From Deferrisomatales bacterium (GTDB lineage Bacteria; Desulfobacterota; Deferrisomatia; Deferrisomatales; JACRMM01): 64,000 bases of DNA. The notes beneath the pieces were generated by a model. That model searched no databases, was not told the origin of the DNA, and saw only the letters and a program-made list of their open reading frames with translations. Positions 48,617 through 57,436 of this stretch are shown here, piece after piece. Within the stretch, counting starts at the first letter, position 1. Each line of letters starts with the position of its first letter. The stretch lies in assembly GCA_033551855.1 (NCBI GenBank), contig JAWSUI010000003.1:44092-108091 (forward strand), in the 5' to 3' direction. A program made the translations under genes and the position numbers.

Positions 48617-50007
48617 GGCCGGGCCTCGATACCCAGCCGCCGGATCTGGTACCGCAGCGTGCCCCGGTCCATGGACAGCAGTCGGGCCGCCTGGGCCTTG
48701 TTGCCGCCGGCCAGGCGCAGGGCCTCGCGGATCAGGTGCCGGCCCAACTCGTCCACCACCTTGTCGTAGGCGATCCCCCGCAGGATCTCGGGCTCCTGCG
48801 GGAGCCAGACGCCATCCCTCGCCCCTCCTGGGCCCTTCAGGATTTCCGGCGGGAGGTGATCGGGCGCGATCCACTCGGCGTCCTCCAGGATGAGGATGCG
48901 CTCGATCGTGTTCTTGAGCTCCCGGACGTTTCCGGGCCAGGGGTAATCCAGCAGGAGCCCCTCGGCCTGCCGCGTGAACCCCTGCACTGCCTTGTGAAAC
49001 CTTCGGTTGGCCTCCTGGAGGAAATGCTGGGCCAGTGGAAGGATGTCGGCCCGGCGGTCCCGCAGGGGAGGCAGCGGGATCGTGATGATCTTCAGGCGGT
49101 AGTACAGGTCCTCTCGGAAGCTTCCCTCCCGAAGCTTCTCCTCGATGTCCTGATTCGTCGCGGCAAGAATCCGCACATCGACGGGGATCTGATCCAGCCC
49201 CCCCACCCGGCGCACGGTGCGCTCCTCCAGAACTCGGAGCAGCTTGGCCTGGAGTTGCACGTCCATGTCGCCGATTTCGTCCAGGAAGAGGGTCCCCCCC
49301 TGGGCCTTTTCGATGAGGCCGATCTTTCGGGCCTTGGCATCCGTGAAGGCTCCCTTCTCGTAACCGAAGAGCTCGCTCTCCAGCAGATTCCCCGGGATGG
49401 CCGCGCAGTTGAGCCCGACGAAGTGCCGTGCCGAACGGCCGCTCTCGGCATGGATCGCTCGGGCGATCATCTCCTTGCCGGTTCCGCTCTCCCCCTGGAT
49501 CAGCACGGTCACGTCGGGGTTCTGGGCGACCTTGCCCACCACGGTGAAGACCTTCTCCATGGACGGGTCCCGCCCCACGATCTGCTGGATCCCGAATCCG
49601 CTCAGGTTTTCCTCACGGAGCTCCTTCACCTCTCGCTTGAGGTGATCCGCATCCAGGGCGAGGCGCACGATGACCTCGATCTCCCGGGACTTGAACGGTT
49701 TGTTCACGTAATCATAGGCACCCAGCCGCATGGCCTCCACCGCCGTCCCCACGCTCCCGTACGCCGTCATCATGATGACGAGCAGGTCCGGCTGCCCCGC
49801 CTTGAACTCCTTGAGCAGGTCGATGCCCGAGGCGTCCGGGAGCCGCAGATCGAGGAGCACCAGGGGAAACTCTCCGGGCACGAAGAGCCGCCGCGCCTCC
49901 GCGGCGGTGGCGGCCAGGGTGACGTCGTACCCTTTTCGAGCCAGGAGCTGGCCGAGTGACTTCCGGATCAGCGACTCGTCGTCCACGATCAGGATGCGGT
50001 CCGGCAT
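48613..50007 (-). CDS. sigma54-dependent response regulator (NtrC family)
   Basis: Receiver domain, AAA+ domain (GESGTGKE, GAFTDA) and a C-terminal Fis-type HTH. Confidence 0.93.
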   Translation of the reverse strand: MPDRILIVDDESLIRKSLGQLLARKGYDVTLAATAAEARRLFVPGEFPLVLLDLRLPDASGIDLLKEFKAGQPDLLVIMMTAYGSVGTAVEAMRLGAYDYVNKPFKSREIEVIVRLALDADHLKREVKELREENLSGFGIQQIVGRDPSMEKVFTVVGKVAQNPDVTVLIQGESGTGKEMIARAIHAESGRSARHFVGLNCAAIPGNLLESELFGYEKGAFTDAKARKIGLIEKAQGGTLFLDEIGDMDVQLQAKLLRVLEERTVRRVGGLDQIPVDVRILAATNQDIEEKLREGSFREDLYYRLKIITIPLPPLRDRRADILPLAQHFLQEANRRFHKAVQGFTRQAEGLLLDYPWPGNVRELKNTIERILILEDAEWIAPDHLPPEILKGPGGARDGVWLPQEPEILRGIAYDKVVDELGRHLIREALRLAGGNKAQAARLLSMDRGTLRYQIRRLGIEARP

Positions 50008-52050
50008 CTAGGTGTCCTCCAGGGCCGGAAGGTCCACAATGAAACGGCTGCCCCGACCGGGGCGGGACTGCACGTCGATCCTCCCCCTGTGCTGTTCGAC
50101 GATGCTGTGGGCAATGGAGAGCCCCAGGCCCGTCCCCTCGTTCTTTGTCGTGTAGAAGGGGTTGAACACCTGGGCCAGGGTCTCCTCGTCCATCCCCGAG
50201 CCGCTGTCCTCCACGGAGACCCGGGCCCACGGGTGGGGTTTTCCGCCCACCCGGTCCGTCCACACCCGGATCTCTCCCCCGGCCGGCACCGCGTCCAGCG
50301 CGTTGATCGCGAGATTCAGGAAGAGCTGCTTGAGCTTCTCCGGGTCTCCCCGCACCTTGGGGTTCCCCCGGAGGTCGCATCGGAACCGTATGCTCCTCTT
50401 GCGACACTGCTCCTCGAACGTCCGGTGCCACTCCAGGGCCTTCGCCACTCGCATTACGCGGAATTGTGGCGGCTGGGGACGGGCGAAGTCCAGGATACCG
50501 CGGATCAGGGTCTCCAGGCGGTCGATCTCCCGGTTGATGTCGTCCAGCAAGGCACGGCCGTCGCCGCTCAACCCCGGCTCCTCCCGCAGGATATCGAGGC
50601 TGATCCCCACCCCCGTCAAGGGGTTGCGGATCTCGTGGGCAATCCCCGCGGCCAATTGCCCGAGGGACGCCAGACGCGACATGCGCTGCACCCGCTCATC
50701 CAGCCGCCGGTGCTCCGTGAAGTCCTGGAGGATCACGGTGGCCCCCCGGGGCCGGGGACCCAGCGCGAACACGCTCGCCAGCAGGCAACGGGCCTCCAGT
50801 CTCCCCTCGGGTCCGATCTCGCAGGTCTCGGACGAGTCCTCCCCGCCCAGCACGCGGTTCACCCGCTCCAGAAAAGGGGGAGACATGAGGTACCGCTCCA
50901 AGGGATTGCCCTCCGGGGCCTCCTCGATCCCCAGGAAGCTGCGGGCAGCCCCGTTCATCAGGATCACCCGGCGCTGGGAGTCGACGGCGATCACCCCGTT
51001 GGGTGTCCCGTCGAGGATCTGCTCCCGCAGGTCCCTTTCCTCTCGGATCTCCTGCAGGTAGCGACGCGCCTCGATCGCCTTCGCCGCCTGCGCGGCAAAA
51101 AGGCCTAGGAGCTCTTCGTGGTTGGGGCTGAAGGACTCCTCCCGGCTTCCCTCCACGGCCAGGACCCCCAGCACCCGCGCGTCACTCACCAGGGGAACCG
51201 CCAACTGACTGCGCCGCGAGGCGTAGGCGGTCCCTTCGCGGCCGGCCCCCCGGTCCGAGACCCGGAGAGGCCCGCCCCCCCTCGCCACCCACCCCACGAT
51301 GCCGTACCCCAGCGGCACTCGCTCCCTTCCGGGAGGCGGCGGCTCGCCGGCCCAGGCCGCGAGGGAGAGATGGCCCGGGTCAGCGCCCTCCAAGAGGTAG
51401 AGGGCTCCCCCGTCGGCTTCCGTGAGCCGCAAGGCCTCCTGCACGACCATCCGCAGGAGCCCGCCGAGCTCCGCCCCCGAGGTCATCTGGCGACTCACCC
51501 GCTGGAGGGCAAGGATCTGCTGGATCTTTCCCAGATTTCCTTCCAGGAGCTCCCGCGTGCGCAACACGAGCCCCACGTGGCCGGCCACCGTGGCGAGGAC
51601 GCCCGGAGCCGCGGCCAGCATTGTCGGCCGGGCACGCACCCAACGCCCCTCCAACACCCCCAGCACACCCGACGGTGCCCGCACCGGCACGAGGACCTGG
51701 GCGGCCCCCCGGGTCCGGGCTCTACCCGCCGAAGGATAGTCCTGCTCCCGAAACGCCTCGCCCTCCGCCACCACGACAGCCTGGGCCGTATGGGCGACCC
51801 GAGCGATCTCCGGCCCGCCGGCCGCGGGGCGGTCGCAAGCCCCGGCGTGGGCGAGCACCGCCGGGGCTTCCCCGGCCTGGGCCCGATACAGGGTGGCCGA
51901 GGCACACCCCAACCCCTCCCGAAGCCGCTCCAGGATCCGGTCCAGCACTTCCCCCCGCTCACCTTCGGCCGAGGCCAGCACCGCGATGTCCCGGAGCACG
52001 GCAAGGGTCTTCCGTCCCACGGTGCCAGCGGGGGGGGAGATGGAGGGCAT
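50008..52050 (-). CDS. GAF/PAS sensor histidine kinase
   Basis: Two GAF-like regions, a PAS domain, an H-box (HEIRNPL) and an HATPase G-box (GTGLGLSI). The stop abuts the regulator ATG. Confidence 0.9.
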   Translation of the reverse strand: MPSISPPAGTVGRKTLAVLRDIAVLASAEGERGEVLDRILERLREGLGCASATLYRAQAGEAPAVLAHAGACDRPAAGGPEIARVAHTAQAVVVAEGEAFREQDYPSAGRARTRGAAQVLVPVRAPSGVLGVLEGRWVRARPTMLAAAPGVLATVAGHVGLVLRTRELLEGNLGKIQQILALQRVSRQMTSGAELGGLLRMVVQEALRLTEADGGALYLLEGADPGHLSLAAWAGEPPPPGRERVPLGYGIVGWVARGGGPLRVSDRGAGREGTAYASRRSQLAVPLVSDARVLGVLAVEGSREESFSPNHEELLGLFAAQAAKAIEARRYLQEIREERDLREQILDGTPNGVIAVDSQRRVILMNGAARSFLGIEEAPEGNPLERYLMSPPFLERVNRVLGGEDSSETCEIGPEGRLEARCLLASVFALGPRPRGATVILQDFTEHRRLDERVQRMSRLASLGQLAAGIAHEIRNPLTGVGISLDILREEPGLSGDGRALLDDINREIDRLETLIRGILDFARPQPPQFRVMRVAKALEWHRTFEEQCRKRSIRFRCDLRGNPKVRGDPEKLKQLFLNLAINALDAVPAGGEIRVWTDRVGGKPHPWARVSVEDSGSGMDEETLAQVFNPFYTTKNEGTGLGLSIAHSIVEQHRGRIDVQSRPGRGSRFIVDLPALEDT

Positions 52051-52110
52051 GGGGACTCCGAAACGGGGAACTGGAGGCGTGGTGAATTTTCACTCTACCA
52101 CAACGCTGCG

Positions 52111-52138
52111 CAAAAAAAGAAGGGGCCCGAAGGCCCCC
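52111..52138 (-). terminator. intrinsic terminator T2 (GGGGCC-UUCG-GGCCCC + UUCUUUUUUU)
   Basis: Read on the minus strand. Canonical UUCG tetraloop and U tract. Confidence 0.75.
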
Positions 52139-52239
52139 GAGGGAGGAGCGTCTTGTGCTGTTCGTGCCGACGGCGCGGCGGTCACCCCTCTGACGAGGGT
52201 CCCTTCCGCCTCGGCCGATGGCCGTCAGGAACCGACCAT
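52111..52239 (-). ncRNA. candidate ~130-nt sRNA with an anti-Shine-Dalgarno CUCCUCCCUC motif
   Basis: Putative promoter TTGAGC-17 nt-TATCTT (52246-52274), internal hairpins, and the C/U-rich motif at 52139-52148 next to terminator T2. Confidence 0.3.
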
Positions 52240-52294
52240 GGACTGAAGATACACCTGCTTCCCTCCTCGCTCAAGAACAAAACGTCGTTCGTTC

Positions 52295-52327
52295 AAAAAA
52301 AGAACCGCGGCCCCAGACCCGTCGCGG
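52295..52327 (-). terminator. weaker terminator-like element T1
   Basis: CCGCG...CGCGG stem followed by UUCUUUUUUU on the minus strand. Confidence 0.45.
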
Positions 52328-52394
52328 ACAATCGCCTGCGGGCCAGATTCCCGAACGACATTTGGCAAACCTCGTTCGCTCCGCGAGTCCTGCG

Positions 52395-52428
52395 ACAAAA
52401 ATACCCCGAGACTTCAGCGGTCTCGGGG
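52395..52428 (-). terminator. intrinsic terminator T0, probably ending the TRAP-usp transcript
   Basis: 9-bp stem CCCCGAGAC/GUCUCGGGG with a 7-nt loop, then UAUUUUUGU. Confidence 0.75.
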
Positions 52429-52463
52429 ACGTCTCCACTCGGCGCGCCCATCGGCGGGGGGAT

Positions 52464-52517
52464 GGGACCTATAGGACCTCTAGGTCCTATGGGTCCCATG
52501 GGTCCCGGAGGACACCC
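52464..52517. repeat. six 9-bp-phased RGGWCC units forming a 34-bp imperfect palindrome
   Basis: The units are GGGACCTAT AGGACCTCT AGGTCCTAT GGGTCCCAT GGGTCCCGG AGGACACCC. The arms 52464-52478 and 52483-52497 match 14/15. Confidence 0.7.
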
Positions 52518-52587
52518 CCTTTCACCCCATGGCCCGCACCGGTGACCACGCAGCCCCGCCCCGCCGGGAAGTCTCGCGGGCGAGCCC

Positions 52588-53475
52588 TCAAGGGACCACC
52601 AGAACGTGACCGGGGCAGTGATGGAGCACGAAGTGACAGACGCTGCCGAAGAGAACCTCCTCGAGCTCCCCCGTGCCCCGCCGACCCACCAGCAGGATCT
52701 CAAACCCATCCTCCCGGTACACCCGGCAGATGGTCCTCCCGGTGGTACCCTCCTCCACACGGGTAGCGACCTCGAAACCCAGCTTCGAAAGGCGGTCGGC
52801 CGCCGGAGCCAGGTGCCCTTCGGCCTCCCGGTGCATCGAGCGCAGAGCTTCGTACCTCGCTTCGGCGGGTAGGTGCTCGAGTCCGGGACGCTCCGGGTTT
52901 ACGACCGTGAGCAGGGTCACCTGGAGGCCGTCGTGCGCCTCTACCAGTGAAGCCAGGAAGTCCAGGCACCTCTCGCTCGCAGTGGAGCCGTCCACCCCAA
53001 CCAGGACGCGCACCGGCGACCGGTCCGCAGGACGCTGCGGCCCGTCCCTCTGGACCACCAGTACCGGCACCTCGCTGTGGTGCACCACGTGACTCGAAAC
53101 CGACCCGAAGAGCAGATCCTGCAGGTCACCGTGGCCGCGGCGCCCCAGGATGACGAGGTCCATGCGCTCTCGCCGGGCGAAGTCGCAGATCGCCGGCCCG
53201 GGGACGCCCACCAGGAGGCGCGAGTCCGAGCCCATCCCCTCCCGCGCGAAGAGCCCCGCCTCCTTCTGGAGCAGCTCCTCGGCGGCCCGCTTGGCCCCCT
53301 GGCGGATCATCTCCACCTGGAAATCGGGGATCATCTTGTACTCGAGCCGCCGGAGATCGAGGGAGTGGGACAGGGTGAGCTGCAGCTTCAGGGGCCGGGC
53401 GAGGCGCGCGGCCACGAGGCAGGTCTTGCGGCTGTGCTCGGAACCGTCGGTGCACACGAGGGCGCGAAGGGACAT
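52588..53475 (-). CDS. tandem universal stress protein (2x UspA domain)
   Basis: Two USP domains, each ending in G-x2-G-x9-GS-type motifs (GRRGHGDLQDLLFGSVS and GRRGTGELEEVLFGSVC). Confidence 0.9.
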   Translation of the reverse strand: MSLRALVCTDGSEHSRKTCLVAARLARPLKLQLTLSHSLDLRRLEYKMIPDFQVEMIRQGAKRAAEELLQKEAGLFAREGMGSDSRLLVGVPGPAICDFARRERMDLVILGRRGHGDLQDLLFGSVSSHVVHHSEVPVLVVQRDGPQRPADRSPVRVLVGVDGSTASERCLDFLASLVEAHDGLQVTLLTVVNPERPGLEHLPAEARYEALRSMHREAEGHLAPAADRLSKLGFEVATRVEEGTTGRTICRVYREDGFEILLVGRRGTGELEEVLFGSVCHFVLHHCPGHVLVVP

Positions 53476-53580
53476 GGCGACTCTCTCCTCCTACGGGCAG
53501 CCTCCCACACCCGAGCCTGCGAAGTCGGGGACGGGCCGGGGACCCAAGCCCCTGCCCCCCCGAGAACCGGGTGGGCCTCC

Positions 53581-54936
53581 CTACAGTCCGCCGCTGGGGT
53601 CGAGCCCCACCTTCGCCCCCGCCTCCACCGCGTCCGGGAAGAAGATCTTCGGCAGCCACAGGGAAAAATCCGGCCAGTAGGTGAGGACCGCGAGGACCCC
53701 CATCTGAATCAGGATGAAGGGCATGACCGCCCGCAGCACGAACACGAGGTCGCGGCGGGCGATGGTCGACGCGATGTAGAGGCTCACCCCCACGGGGGGC
53801 GTCACGTACCCGATGCCCAGGTTCATCGCCATCAGGATCCCGAAGTGCAGCGAGTTGATCTCGAACTTGGCCAGCAGCGGCAGAAGGATGGGCGTGATGA
53901 TGATGGTGGCCGAGACGATGTCCATGAACATCCCGACCCCGAGAAGGAACAGGTTCACCACCAGGAGGAACACCCACTGGCTTGTGATGTTCGCGGTCAC
54001 CGCCTGGGCGATGAACTCCGGCAGGCGCTCCACGGTGAGGAACTTGCCGAAGACGCTCGACCCGGCGACGATGATGAGCAGGGTCGAAGCGGTCACCGCC
54101 GAGGAGACGATGATCTTCCTGGCCTGGGCCAGCGTCATGTCGCGGTGGATGAAGATCTCCACGATGAAGGCGTACATGCAGGCCACCACGGCCGCCTCGT
54201 TGGCCGTGAACGCGCCCGAGTAGATGCCGACGAAGATGATCACCGGCAGGAGGATCGCCCAGACGCTGCGGCGGATGGCGCCGACGAACTCCGAAAAGGT
54301 GTAGGGCTTCTGCATGGTCAGGCCGCCCCGCCGGGCCACCACATAGGAGTACAGGCAGAAGCTCGCGACGATGAGCATCCCCGGGGTGTACCCCGTCATG
54401 AACAGGGCCGCCAGGGAGTCGTTCGTCACCGCCGAGTAGAGGATCATCGCCACGCTGGGGGGGATGATGATCCCCAGGATCGGGGAGGTCGTCATCACCC
54501 CGATGGCGTAGCGCTCGTCGTAGCCCTCGTGCACGAGGGCAGGGATCATGAAGCCCCCGATGGCGACCACGGTGGCCACGGTGGACCCCGAGATGGCCCC
54601 GAACAGGGCGCAGGCGAGGATGCCGGCCATCCCCAGCCCCCCCGGGAAGAAGCCCACGAGCGCCTTCGCGAAGCCGAGCAGCTTGTCGACGATCGATCCC
54701 CCGGTCATGATGTTCCCGCACAGCACGAAGAACAGCACGGCCACCAGGGAGAAGTTGTCCATGCTCTTGTAGAACCCCTCCAAGAGCAGCATGGCCTGGA
54801 TGTCGAGGGGGATCATCGCCTGGGCGAAGAACGCCAGCCCGATGATTCCCGCGAAGAAGAGGGAGAGGTAGACCGGGACCGTCAGCCCGAGAAGGCCGAT
54901 GAAGATGGCCAGAACATATACGATATCCCCGTCCAT
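53581..54936 (-). CDS. dctM: TRAP transporter large permease
   Basis: 451 aa, polytopic, DctM-family sequence. Confidence 0.92.
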   Translation of the reverse strand: MDGDIVYVLAIFIGLLGLTVPVYLSLFFAGIIGLAFFAQAMIPLDIQAMLLLEGFYKSMDNFSLVAVLFFVLCGNIMTGGSIVDKLLGFAKALVGFFPGGLGMAGILACALFGAISGSTVATVVAIGGFMIPALVHEGYDERYAIGVMTTSPILGIIIPPSVAMILYSAVTNDSLAALFMTGYTPGMLIVASFCLYSYVVARRGGLTMQKPYTFSEFVGAIRRSVWAILLPVIIFVGIYSGAFTANEAAVVACMYAFIVEIFIHRDMTLAQARKIIVSSAVTASTLLIIVAGSSVFGKFLTVERLPEFIAQAVTANITSQWVFLLVVNLFLLGVGMFMDIVSATIIITPILLPLLAKFEINSLHFGILMAMNLGIGYVTPPVGVSLYIASTIARRDLVFVLRAVMPFILIQMGVLAVLTYWPDFSLWLPKIFFPDAVEAGAKVGLDPSGGL

Positions 54937-54977
54937 GTCGCAGTCTCCTTCCTACCGGCTCGCGCGAGGGGTTTGCG

Positions 54978-55472
54978 TTACTTGTGGATCGGCTTGCCGG
55001 TAATGTCTTCGACGACGACCTGGATCTGCCGGAGGATCATCAGGGCCCCCATGATCGGCAGCACGCTGTAGAGGATGAAGGTGGGGATCTGGAGGACGGT
55101 GGTCAACTGCCCGGTGCGGCTCTGGAGCTCCACCAGTTTGAGGCCCACGTGGATCGCGGTGGCGCCGAACACGAAGACCGCGGCATGGTTGACGAAATCC
55201 AGGGGCTTCCTGAGCCAGGGGAGGAGGTTGGGCAGGGCGTCTATGCGGATCGCGGCACGGTTGCGCACCGCGACGGCGCACCCCACGAACGTCGTGACCA
55301 TGATGACCTGCCGCACGAACTCCTCGGGCCACGTCATCGTGTACACGAACAGGTAGCGCGTGGCGACGTTGACGAAGAGCGCCAGCATGGCCGAGAGGAC
55401 CGTCAGGAAGAGGACCCAGTCCTCGAATAAGGACAGGACCCTGTCCGTGACGTTCAGGACGGCTCGAAACAT
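54978..55472 (-). CDS. dctQ: TRAP transporter small permease
   Basis: Four hydrophobic helices. ATG at 55472 is preceded by GGGAGGAG. Confidence 0.85.
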   Translation of the reverse strand: MFRAVLNVTDRVLSLFEDWVLFLTVLSAMLALFVNVATRYLFVYTMTWPEEFVRQVIMVTTFVGCAVAVRNRAAIRIDALPNLLPWLRKPLDFVNHAAVFVFGATAIHVGLKLVELQSRTGQLTTVLQIPTFILYSVLPIMGALMILRQIQVVVEDITGKPIHK

Positions 55473-55594
55473 CTCCAACTCCTCCCAGGTCGCCGCCCGC
55501 ATCCGGGCGGCAGCGCTTCCTAGCGGGCTGGTGCGGCGGGGGGGACGCAAGAGGCGGGGAGCCGGGTCCCGAACCCCGGCCCCCCGCGAGAGCG

Positions 55595-56650
55595 CTACAG
55601 GCGGTATCCGACGAGGTCCTTCACCTTCTTCAGGTAATCGGCGCCGATCCGGCCCTCCCACTCCTTGAACACGGCCTCGCCCTGGCGTTTGAGGGTCGCC
55701 GTGTCCTCATCCGGGAGCCGCACGAAGACGATGCCCTGGTCCCGGGCCTTCTGGAGCTCGGTCTGCTCCTGCACCACGGAGTTCGCGCGGGACTTCGCCG
55801 ACTCCTCCCGGACCACCTCGACGAGCGCCGTCTGGAGATCCGCCGGGAGGCTGTCGAACCAGCGCTTGTTGACCAGGTGGATGAAGAGACCCTGGGCGTA
55901 GTTGACTTCCACGAAGTGGGTAGCCACCTCGAACTTCTTCGTGAGGGAGGAGACCGTGCCGGTGTGGTCGATCGCGTCGATGACGCGGTTCTGCAGGGCC
56001 ACCTGCACCTCGGGCCAGGGCATGGGCACGATGTTGAGGCCCCAGGCCCGGTAGAGACTCTGGTTGACGTCGGCCTCGGCGATGCGGAACTTCAGCGGCC
56101 GGGCGTCGGCGAGCGTCCGGATCGGCCGGGTGGAGGCCCAGCCGTAGGTGCCGTAGGCGGTGATGTCGAGGGCGGTGATCCCGTTGGCCTCACCCGACTT
56201 CAGGAAGTGATCGAACACCTCCTTGTCGGCGATGAACTTGTCGAGCTTCTCGGGGGTGTCGATCAGGAACGGGAGGTTCACGACGCCGTAACGGGGCCCG
56301 ATGCGGGGCGCCACCACGGAGGAGCACAGCATGCCCTGGATCGCGCCCATGGCGAGCTGGTTGATCACCTCCACCTCGCCGCCGAGCATGGACAGCGGGT
56401 AGTAGTCGAAGTAGAGCTGGCCGTTGGTTCGCTCCCAGAGGGCGTCCCGGATCCGGAATCCGGCCATGACCCCGTCCAGGGCGGGGGTCGACACGTTGGA
56501 GACCCGCATCACGTACTTCGCGCCCGAGGGGTCGAAAGCGGGCCTCCACGCCTCCCGCGGATCCCGGCGTTCCTGGGAGACGCCCACGCCGACCAGCCCC
56601 GCGGCCATCGCACCCACGGTCAATACTGCCAGAAGTTTCCAGCGCTTCAT
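55595..56650 (-). CDS. dctP: TRAP transporter substrate-binding protein
   Basis: Signal peptide (MKRWKLLAVLTVGAMAAG) and a DctP-family body. AAAGGAG RBS. Confidence 0.9.
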   Translation of the reverse strand: MKRWKLLAVLTVGAMAAGLVGVGVSQERRDPREAWRPAFDPSGAKYVMRVSNVSTPALDGVMAGFRIRDALWERTNGQLYFDYYPLSMLGGEVEVINQLAMGAIQGMLCSSVVAPRIGPRYGVVNLPFLIDTPEKLDKFIADKEVFDHFLKSGEANGITALDITAYGTYGWASTRPIRTLADARPLKFRIAEADVNQSLYRAWGLNIVPMPWPEVQVALQNRVIDAIDHTGTVSSLTKKFEVATHFVEVNYAQGLFIHLVNKRWFDSLPADLQTALVEVVREESAKSRANSVVQEQTELQKARDQGIVFVRLPDEDTATLKRQGEAVFKEWEGRIGADYLKKVKDLVGYRL

Positions 56651-56845
56651 CTGTGACTCTCCTTTCCCGAGTTGTGGCGGTCCGCCGCCTGTGCCTGCCC
56701 CACAAACCGAATAGAACGACGTTCGCAACCTACCACACGTTTGATAGGTCGTCCAAGAAAAAACGGACGCGCCGCCGCGGCGGTGGCCCCGAGGCGTTGC
56801 GACGCCAAACCGCGGTCCGCCTAGGGAATCCGGCAACAGGGGGGC

Positions 56846-57424
56846 TCAGCCCCCCGCCTCCCGGCCCAACCGGAACGCCGTGCGGTTGATCTCCAGGACC
56901 TTCGGGGGCACGCTCTCCTCCACCGCCGTCTCCCACGCCTCGAGGGGAAAGTCGAGATGGCGCGAGAGGGCCCCGGCCATCACGGCGTTGGCCGCCCGGA
57001 TGTCCCCCGCCTGCCGAGCGAGCTCGCTGGCCGGGACCACGAGCTTCCGGCAGGGGAACTCCCCCATGCGGGCCTCCAGGTCCTCGGGATACTCCGCGAG
57101 GCCGGCCGCCACGGTGGACGGGTTGACCCGGTAGGTGTTGTAGAGGAGCAGCCCGGAGGGGCGCACCCAGTGGGCGTTGCGCACGGCCTCCAAGGGCTCG
57201 AAACCCAGCAGGAAATCGCACTGGCCCAGGGGCACCAGCGGGGAGTAGACCTTCTCCCCGATGCGCATGTGGGAGACCACGGCCCCGCCCCGCTGGGCCA
57301 TGCCGTGCACCTCTCCCCCCTTCACGTCGAGGCCCTGGCGCAGGGCGGCCTTGGCGAGGATGGTGCTCGCCAGGAGCACTCCCTGGCCCCCCACCCCGCA
57401 GAGCAAGAAGTTGATGGTGTTCAT
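56846..57424 (-). CDS. iorB: indolepyruvate:ferredoxin oxidoreductase beta subunit
   Basis: 192 aa, POR gamma-like domain (GVGGQGVLLAS). Confidence 0.88.
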   Translation of the reverse strand: MNTINFLLCGVGGQGVLLASTILAKAALRQGLDVKGGEVHGMAQRGGAVVSHMRIGEKVYSPLVPLGQCDFLLGFEPLEAVRNAHWVRPSGLLLYNTYRVNPSTVAAGLAEYPEDLEARMGEFPCRKLVVPASELARQAGDIRAANAVMAGALSRHLDFPLEAWETAVEESVPPKVLEINRTAFRLGREAGG

Positions 57425-57436
57425 GGAATCCTCCCT

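Noticed and set aside
52139-52195. A plus-strand SD-like GAGGGAGGAG followed by a 12-codon GTG ORF (MLFVPTARRSPL).
   Set aside because: It is too short and has no supporting promoter. The same bases are better explained as the complement of the candidate minus-strand anti-SD motif next to terminator T2.
52362-52378. A sigma54-like TGGCA...TTCGC element that could serve the adjacent NtrC-type regulator.
   Set aside because: The GG-to-GC spacing is 14 instead of 12 and the TTGC core is absent. It also points on the plus strand into the 3' end of usp. No convincing -24/-12 promoter was found elsewhere in the window.
52464-52517. Collagen-like Gly-Pro-X translation (GPIGPLGPMGPMGPGG) of the 9-bp repeat.
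   Set aside because: It is a consequence of the GGWCC-N4 periodicity. The enclosing ORFs are shadow frames overlapping the usp 3' end, with no RBS or credible start.
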